DNA of 64,000 nucleotides from an uncultured bacterium. GTDB lineage: Bacteria; Planctomycetota; UBA1135; GCA-002686595. The stretch spans positions 96,001 through 160,000 of the forward strand of contig CALSNU010000006.1 in NCBI GenBank assembly GCA_943787795.1, in the 5' to 3' direction. The notes beneath the pieces are model-generated. The model ran no database searches. It had not been told where the DNA came from and saw nothing but the letters and a program-made list of their open reading frames with translations. A program made the position numbers and the translations under genes. Below are positions 57,792 through 64,000 of the stretch, one piece after another (the stretch's first letter is position 1; each line of letters opens with the position of its first letter).

Positions 57792-58044
57792 GTTGGGAGT
57801 CTACGCCGTGGCTGGCCGAGGAGCCTAGAGCGCCGTTGTTCCGCTGGTTGATTGATCGTTGTCCGGCGGCGTCAGGTTGGCTGGCGCCGCGGGGCGGGGC
57901 GGATGGTCGTGATCCTCGTTCTTGGGCCAGCCCGGCATTGGCGCTGGGTACCCGCTGGCAGGTTCCGTGGGTTTGGCGGACACTCGATGAGTCGAGCGGA
58001 GTCCACCCGCCGCCCTGCCCAGCTGGTGCTCACCCGCTCCTCCC

Positions 58045-59905
58045 ATGAAGACCCTCTTCGCCCGCTCGCTGCTCGCCCTGGCTATGACTGCGCCCGCCCA
58101 CGCTCAGTGGACGGCGGACCCTGCTCTGAATCAGGTGATCTCGGGGGCGGCGTCGGACCAGAACCAGGTGAAGGTCAGCGCGGCGCCGGATGGGGGCTTC
58201 TGGGTGAGCTGGCTGGATGGCATCGCCACGGGCTGGGACGTGCGACTCCAGAAGCTGGATGCCAGCGGGCGCGAGGTCTTTCCCCCTGGCGGACTCCTCA
58301 TCGCAGACCGCGGCTTCTCATCCACTCAGGACTATGGGCTCAGCGTCGCTTCGGACGGCGATGCGCTGCTTGCCTTCAGGGACGATCGAACGGGAAGCAC
58401 TACGGTCACAGCCATGCGCGTGACGGGTGCCGGGGACTTCGAGTGGGGCCCTGATGGGGTCTCGCTCATTCAGAGCCCATCGAGCTTCGTGGCGGCGCCC
58501 AAGATCGCGCAGGGGGCCGCCTCGAGCGTCGATCGTGTGGTCGTCGCGTGGACCGAGAACAGCGGCGTGGTCATGCAGTCCCTGGACGCGGGCGGGGCGC
58601 CGACGTGGTCATCGGCCGCAGGGACGGGCAACTTCGTCGTCATCAGCCCTCCCTTTGGTTCGTACGTCCTCGCGGATCTGCAGGGAGTTGGGGACGAGGC
58701 GATCGTCTCAATCGTGCATCAGACCGGCGGCTTCACCGCCCCGCGGCACCTCGTGGCTCAACGGCTCTCGGTGGACGGTGCGCTGCTTTGGGGGGCCACG
58801 CCCGTCACTGTCTTCAACGCCGGCTCGCTGCAGATCGGGAACTTCCCGCGCTTCACCCTCGGGGGCGAGGACGCGGTGTTCAGCTGGTACTCCTCCAGCC
58901 CTGCGCTGCAGTGCTTTGTCCAACGGCTCGACCGCGCTGGTGTGCCTCGCTGGACGCCCAACGGAGTCCCTGTGGCCACGGCGCCCGGTGCCCTACGCGT
59001 GAATCCGCGGGCGGCCTTCCATGGGCCGAGCGGCGATGTCTTTGTGACCTGGAAAGACCTGAACTCCAGCCAATCCCAGTCCGGGGTTTCGGCGCAGCGC
59101 ATTGACGCCAGCGGGGCGCGGCTCTGGTCGTCGGGTGGCGTTTCGGTGGTGCCGATCGGCGCCACCGGGGCGGACTTCCCCATCCCGTTTCCCGTGGCGA
59201 GCGTCGGGGCGTCCTCGGGGGGCAGCGACGTGCTGATCGCCTGGAGCGAAGACCCGTCGTTCGGTTCGGACCGAATCTATGGGATCGGCCTGGACGCGGG
59301 AGGCGCCATCGGGGCCCCGAGGTTCGACGTGGCCTCAACCCCGAGCGGGAAGGCGCGCCTGGACGGGGCGGTCGGCGTCACCGGGGTCGGGGTCTTGGGC
59401 TGGAGTGACGCTCGCAACGATGGTGGCGACATCCTGGTCCAGGCTCTAGACCTGCAGGGGGGCCTTGGGGCACCGGGGCTGCTGCTCGATACCCAGTGTC
59501 CTGGCGTCCCCAATTCCACCGGGGCGGGTGGGACGCTCATCGCTTTCGGGAGCGACGTCGCGACAGACAATCGACGTGACGCTGCTCGCGTCGAACCTGC
59601 CGGTGGGGGCCTTTGGCTTCTTCATCACCAGTACGGCATCGGGCGCCGCTCCAAACCCTGGGGGGAGCGACGGGGTGCTCTGCCTCGGTGGCTCGATCGG
59701 CCGGTTTGTGGGACCAGGCCAGGTGGTCAACTCCGGCCCCGCCGGTGTCTTTTCCCTGACGCTCGACCTCGCGCAGCAGCCGACCCCAACGGGGTTCGTC
59801 TCGGTGCTCGGTGGAGAGACCTGGTTCTTCCAGGCCTGGCACCGGGACGTCAATGTGGCGGTGACCTCCAACTTCACCGCGGCCCTTCAGGTTGACTTCC
59901 TCTAG
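58045..59905 (+). CDS. Secreted beta-propeller-like repeat protein plus shared C-terminal domain; +1 frameshift near 59571
   Basis: Signal peptide; repeats of (A/V)Q(R/K)(L/I)D..G...W...G. Deleting one base joins ...GSDVATDN to DVTLLASNLP...LCLGGSIGR...TWFFQAWHRD...SNFT. Confidence 0.83.
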
Positions 59906-60359
59906 GCCCCGCTGCGGTCGCCGGCTGCGCCCTGTGGCGTGGCCGTGGGGAGCCCGCGAGCTTGCTGGCGTGTCCCTCGGGCGGCGGAGCGACCTGCGGA
60001 TTGGCATACGCGGTGAGCCCACGCGGTTTGGACGCGTGGACCTCGGGGATGGGTGACCGTTGCGGTACTCCGGTCCGCTTCAAGAGGGCGGCCAAGGTAC
60101 GCGTGGCGCCGGACCCCCGGAGAGGCGCGGCGAACTGTACTTTCGTCGAAGCACGCGTTGCGCCCCTCGGCAACCCGGTCGCGTGTTTATTGGGCGATCC
60201 GTCGGTCCTGAGCGTGGAGGGGCAGACGGCCCGGGCGGTGGGGTCTCAGCGCGCAGGTCCGTTGGCCTCCCGGCCACAGGCGACCCGACCGCGGGACAGG
60301 GAAGCCCTGCTTGTGAGGGAGTTGGGAGAGAGGTCGCGCCCCGGCCCCGAAGCGCGACG

Positions 60360-61922
60360 CTAGCGCAGCAGGGGAGCCGCGATGGGGCGGCCGTTGGTGG
60401 TCAGCACCTGGAAGTGATGGATGCCCGCCGACTTTGGCGCGAGGGTCCACACCACGCGCTTGTCGTGGGTGACCTCGAGCAGGTGCACGGCCCCCGGAGC
60501 AGCGTGGTAACTGGTGATGACGGTGTTGCCGTTGGGCAGTCGCTGCACGCCGCAGGCGTCGTCGATCAGCGGGCTCGGCAGGTCTGCATTCGTGAGCTCC
60601 CAGACGGTCGCCCCGGCCGCATCCACCTCGATCACCCGGTTCCCGTTGGTGCACCCGATCAGGGTGTTGCCATCCCTGAGGCGGATCGCGGTGAAGGGCC
60701 AGTCTCGCAGGTCACGGCCGCGCTGGTCGGTTGGGATTCGGCGCACGACCTTGCCCGCGGGGTCGTACTCCGACACCACGAAATCGAGCAGGTGAGGCGC
60801 GAGATAATTCCCGTTCGGCAGCTTACGGACCATGCGCGTCTGCATGTGCGAGTTGCCCATCTGGCAGGTCAGGGGCACCTCGAGCACGATCTCTCCCGCG
60901 CGGTTGAGCTCGAGCAGTCGGGGGGTGGGTCCGGACTCATTGACCAGGATGTGCCCATCGGGGGTGAGCTGCGCCGTGCTGACCTCGTCCTGGGTCGCCC
61001 TCCAGGTGAAGACGACCTCACCGGCGGGGTCCACCTCGAGGACACCGCCGCCTGGGAAGTCCCCGTGGGGGTAGAGGGCCATCAAGACGTTGCCGTTCGG
61101 TAGCAACGTGGCGTCGGATGACGGCGCGGGATGACTCCAGAGGACCTCCCCCGCCTCGCCCAGGATCTGGGTAGGGATGTGGCGCCCGGCGACGAGCACG
61201 GAGTGCTGGACCGTCGGCGCCGGCGCCGCCAGCAGGCGCGCCAGGGTCGGCTCGATGGCCTTGGCCCAACGCCTGTAGCCTGCGGCCGAGAGGTGAAGGG
61301 CATCCGGCATGATCGCCTTGGAGATTGAGCCGTCGTCCTCGATGAACTCATGTCCGATGGTCAGGACGTGGATGTCGTCCCCGTTGTGCAGCCGTTGCAA
61401 CATCTGGTTCACCTGCAGGACCTTGCCGCGCTGGGCGCCTGGCATGGCACCGCGCGGGAAGATGTCGAGCAGCAGCACGCGGCAGCCCGGGAGCTTGGAC
61501 CGAAGGCTGCGCACCACCGCGGCCACCCCCTCAGCAATCTCCGTCGCAGTGTTGTCCTCGCGATTCGAGTTGTTGGTGCCGATCATCACCACGGCGACCT
61601 TGGGATCGATGCCGTCGACGTTGCCGTGATCGAGGCGCCACAGGACGTGCTGCGTTCGGTCCCCGCTGATGCCCAGGTTGGCTGCCTTGCGCTCGCCGTA
61701 GAATTCCTTCCAGATCGAGGCTCCACGCCCCTCCCAGCCCTGGGTGATCGAGTCTCCCACGAAGATCAGGTCCACGTCGCCCTCAACGACGCGGTCATTG
61801 ATGGCGAGATAGCGCTGGTGCACCCTCCCCTTGCGGGCCGCCGGGTTAATCGCGGAGTGCTCCTGGGCGTGAGCTGAGGGGAGGACGAGGGTGAGCAGGA
61901 TCAGCAGGCGTATGAGGAGCAT
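60360..61922 (-). CDS. SGNH/GDSL hydrolase (PAF-AH Ib-like) fused to a beta-propeller
   Basis: FVGDSITQGW, NLGISGDRT, IGTNN and PDALH; C-terminal repeats RLPNGNT(L/V)I...V.E.D..G..VW; signal peptide. Confidence 0.87.
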   Translation of the reverse strand: MLLIRLLILLTLVLPSAHAQEHSAINPAARKGRVHQRYLAINDRVVEGDVDLIFVGDSITQGWEGRGASIWKEFYGERKAANLGISGDRTQHVLWRLDHGNVDGIDPKVAVVMIGTNNSNREDNTATEIAEGVAAVVRSLRSKLPGCRVLLLDIFPRGAMPGAQRGKVLQVNQMLQRLHNGDDIHVLTIGHEFIEDDGSISKAIMPDALHLSAAGYRRWAKAIEPTLARLLAAPAPTVQHSVLVAGRHIPTQILGEAGEVLWSHPAPSSDATLLPNGNVLMALYPHGDFPGGGVLEVDPAGEVVFTWRATQDEVSTAQLTPDGHILVNESGPTPRLLELNRAGEIVLEVPLTCQMGNSHMQTRMVRKLPNGNYLAPHLLDFVVSEYDPAGKVVRRIPTDQRGRDLRDWPFTAIRLRDGNTLIGCTNGNRVIEVDAAGATVWELTNADLPSPLIDDACGVQRLPNGNTVITSYHAAPGAVHLLEVTHDKRVVWTLAPKSAGIHHFQVLTTNGRPIAAPLLR

Positions 61923-62208
61923 GGCCCGAGGATACGGCCCCTCCAGTCGGCTGCACATGTTCGACGCGTCGGTGGGGCACGTGACGCCCACGGCGCCGCC
62001 GCGTGAGGCTGCCGGATAGGAAGAGCCCAAGCGAGGGTCAGCCGACCCGGCAGCCACGCCCCCTTACCCTGCCACGGAGGTCTCGAGAGTCCGTGGACGA
62101 GAGCCCCAGGCGGCCGATGGGCTCGCCGTCGGGTCGAGACCTCACGCCCAGACTGGGCACCAGGAGAGGACCTCTTCGGGGGAAGCGTCGGTTGGAGCCA
62201 GCTCCCGG

Positions 62209-64000
62209 CTAGATGAAGCTCAGCTCGAGGCCGTTCGAGAAGTTGAAGCCGGCGCCGCCCGCGGGGGCGTCGCGAAACACGAGCTGGAAGTGCCAGGTGC
62301 TGCCGCTGAGAATGGTCGCAGCGGGAACCGGCGGCGTCGCCAGGTCGAAGGGCGCTGAGAGGAGGCTGCCGCTGGCCAGGGCCGGGGGGCTGCGGAAGAG
62401 CTGCGAGCCAAGGCATAGAACGCCATTGCCCACCGGCATCCCGGGCTGGGTTGACTGGCCGTAGAAGAAGAACCCGAAGCCGTCGGGCAGCGGACCCACA
62501 TGCAGGCTGAGGTCGTTCGCTGCGATGGAGCAGCTGCCTGTGAAGGACGTGACGGCGGGGAGCCCGGTGGAGTTGGGGGTCGCCTGACAGAAGCTCGTGG
62601 CGAGGCAGGTGTTCTCCCACAGGAGCACCTCATCGGCGATTTCGTCGAGCAGGGCGATGTCGAGGTCCTGGTCGCCATCGAAGTCGAAGAGCAGGGCACA
62701 CGCGGGGTTCTGGCTGGCGATGAAGGTCGTCTCGGTCGTGAAGTTGCCGGCGCCATTGTTCATGTGCATCGTCCATGCTCCCCCGCTGAAGGCGGACATG
62801 ATCCAGTCGAGGTCACCGTCGCCGTCGAGGTCCCCGAGGTCGGTCGCGACCACAAGACCGCCAGTGGACTGCACCTGCTGCAGGGAGAGGCCGCCGCTGC
62901 CGTCGCCGAGCGCGATCGTGCCCGTGGCGTCGACGCCGTTACTGGTCGCAACGTCGAGGTTGCCGTCGCCGTTGATGTCTCCCAGGACCACCATCCAGAT
63001 ACGCCCGGCGCCGTTGAGGACGCCGCTCTGGGTGAAGGTGCCGTCGCCGTTACCCAGCCAGACGATGAGGCGCCGGGAGCCCTGGGCGCCAACGACGAAG
63101 TCGATGATGCCATCGTTGTTCATGTCGCCGGACGCGAGGCCCCATTCGGAGCTGCCGCCGCCATTGAAGGAGGTACGTGCGCCGAGGGTTCCGTCGCCAT
63201 TGTTCAGGCGTATGGAGAGATGACTGGAGTTAGCGTTGGCCGAGATCACGTCGCTGTCGCCATCGCCGTCCATATCGAAGACGGCGAGGCCACGTGGAAG
63301 GTCGCCCATGTAGTACTGCGCGCTGGGGTCGAAGGTCCCGTCGCCTCTTCCGAGGAGCACGGAGATGGTGTCTCCGATCTTGTCCCCCGTCACGATGTCC
63401 ATGAGTCCATCGCCGTTCATGTCACATGACTCGTTCGGGCTCGGTGTGTTCCCGGTGCCCGTCGGCGGCGTGAGGAACGGGTCAAAGCTCGCGGTGCCGT
63501 CGGCGCGGTTGAGGAAGACGCGGACGTCGCTGGAGTCCTGGTTGATGATGGCGAGGTCCACCGCTCCGTCGTCATTCAGATCGGAGGCCTGGCCCCCGTA
63601 GACCCGGACCCCGTTGCCGTTAGGGGAGCGGACGTTGAGCGTGTCACCCTGGCTGAACGTCATCGTGGTCGGACGGGTGCGGACGCGGAATTCGCTGTGG
63701 AAACCTGCGCTGCGCAGTGCGCTGCCATCCAGGGCGACGACGTCATGGGAGACGCCCAGCTGCACGACCTCGCCCGCTGCGAACGGCTCGGTCGGCGTGA
63801 AGCGGGCAGCGAAGCCGCCGGGGTCCAGAGTCCACGTTCCCGCAGCGGGGCCAGTGGACTTTCCGAAGACCCTGAGGTGACCGCTCGCAGGTGGCAGCGC
63901 CGCCAAGCTGATGGCTCGATCGAAGGTCACCACAATCTGCGCGTTGGGTAGCACGTTGCTGGCATTCATGGCCGGTTGAACCGAGTCAACCGTGAGCTGA
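62209..64000 (-). CDS. Ig-like + FG-GAP/VCBS repeat protein plus shared C-terminal domain (5' end outside the window)
   Basis: IVVTFDRAI...FTP..PF.AGE; seven D(L/M/I/F)(N/D).DG..D repeats; C-terminal CQATPNSTG...NDLSL...LCLG...TWHFQLVFRD...NFSNGLELSF. Confidence 0.88.
   Translation of the reverse strand, partial: QLTVDSVQPAMNASNVLPNAQIVVTFDRAISLAALPPASGHLRVFGKSTGPAAGTWTLDPGGFAARFTPTEPFAAGEVVQLGVSHDVVALDGSALRSAGFHSEFRVRTRPTTMTFSQGDTLNVRSPNGNGVRVYGGQASDLNDDGAVDLAIINQDSSDVRVFLNRADGTASFDPFLTPPTGTGNTPSPNESCDMNGDGLMDIVTGDKIGDTISVLLGRGDGTFDPSAQYYMGDLPRGLAVFDMDGDGDSDVISANANSSHLSIRLNNGDGTLGARTSFNGGGSSEWGLASGDMNNDGIIDFVVGAQGSRRLIVWLGNGDGTFTQSGVLNGAGRIWMVVLGDINGDGNLDVATSNGVDATGTIALGDGSGGLSLQQVQSTGGLVVATDLGDLDGDGDLDWIMSAFSGGAWTMHMNNGAGNFTTETTFIASQNPACALLFDFDGDQDLDIALLDEIADEVLLWENTCLATSFCQATPNSTGLPAVTSFTGSCSIAANDLSLHVGPLPDGFGFFFYGQSTQPGMPVGNGVLCLGSQLFRSPPALASGSLLSAPFDLATPPVPAATILSGSTWHFQLVFRDAPAGGAGFNFSNGLELSFI

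Noticed and set aside
1..64000. tRNA/rRNA genes, transposases, integrases, prophage or known defence systems
   Set aside because: No recognisable signatures by eye; small RNAs cannot be excluded without covariance-model searches.

Overview
This is a very GC-rich bacterial contig (roughly 70% by eye), most likely a free-living Planctomycetota lineage. That assignment is inferred from the gene repertoire: sulfatases, FG-GAP and fasciclin proteins, a redoxin plus cytochrome c/Cu-monooxygenase pair, and DUF5658. About 45 mostly unlinked genes are present. They include an OprO/P porin, a DAACS-SBP fusion transporter, a UbiB kinase, two sulfatase-fold proteins, a partial pseudaminic-acid cluster (pseB, F, H, I plus two glycosyltransferases), a GH30-GH16-CBM6 glucanase, dbpA, MYG1, an LLM oxidoreductase, an Nramp transporter, a DTW protein and a radical-SAM plus DUF4130-UdgX DNA-repair pair. 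No rRNA, tRNA, CRISPR array or transposase was seen. Five observations stand out. (1) Four secreted proteins with unrelated N-termini end in the same ~135-aa two-cysteine C-terminal domain, a candidate lineage-specific sorting or anchoring signal. (2) At least nine genes have a TAnnnT box 6-7 nt before the start codon, suggesting widespread leaderless mRNAs. (3) The UdgX catalytic R-loop carries an ~80-aa repeat-containing insertion. (4) A PHM-like copper monooxygenase has its own heme-c domain. (5) Nine unrelated minisatellites occur in 64 kb. Six +1 frameshifts, five of them in homopolymers, probably reflect sequencing error. All family assignments come from motif recognition, not database searches.
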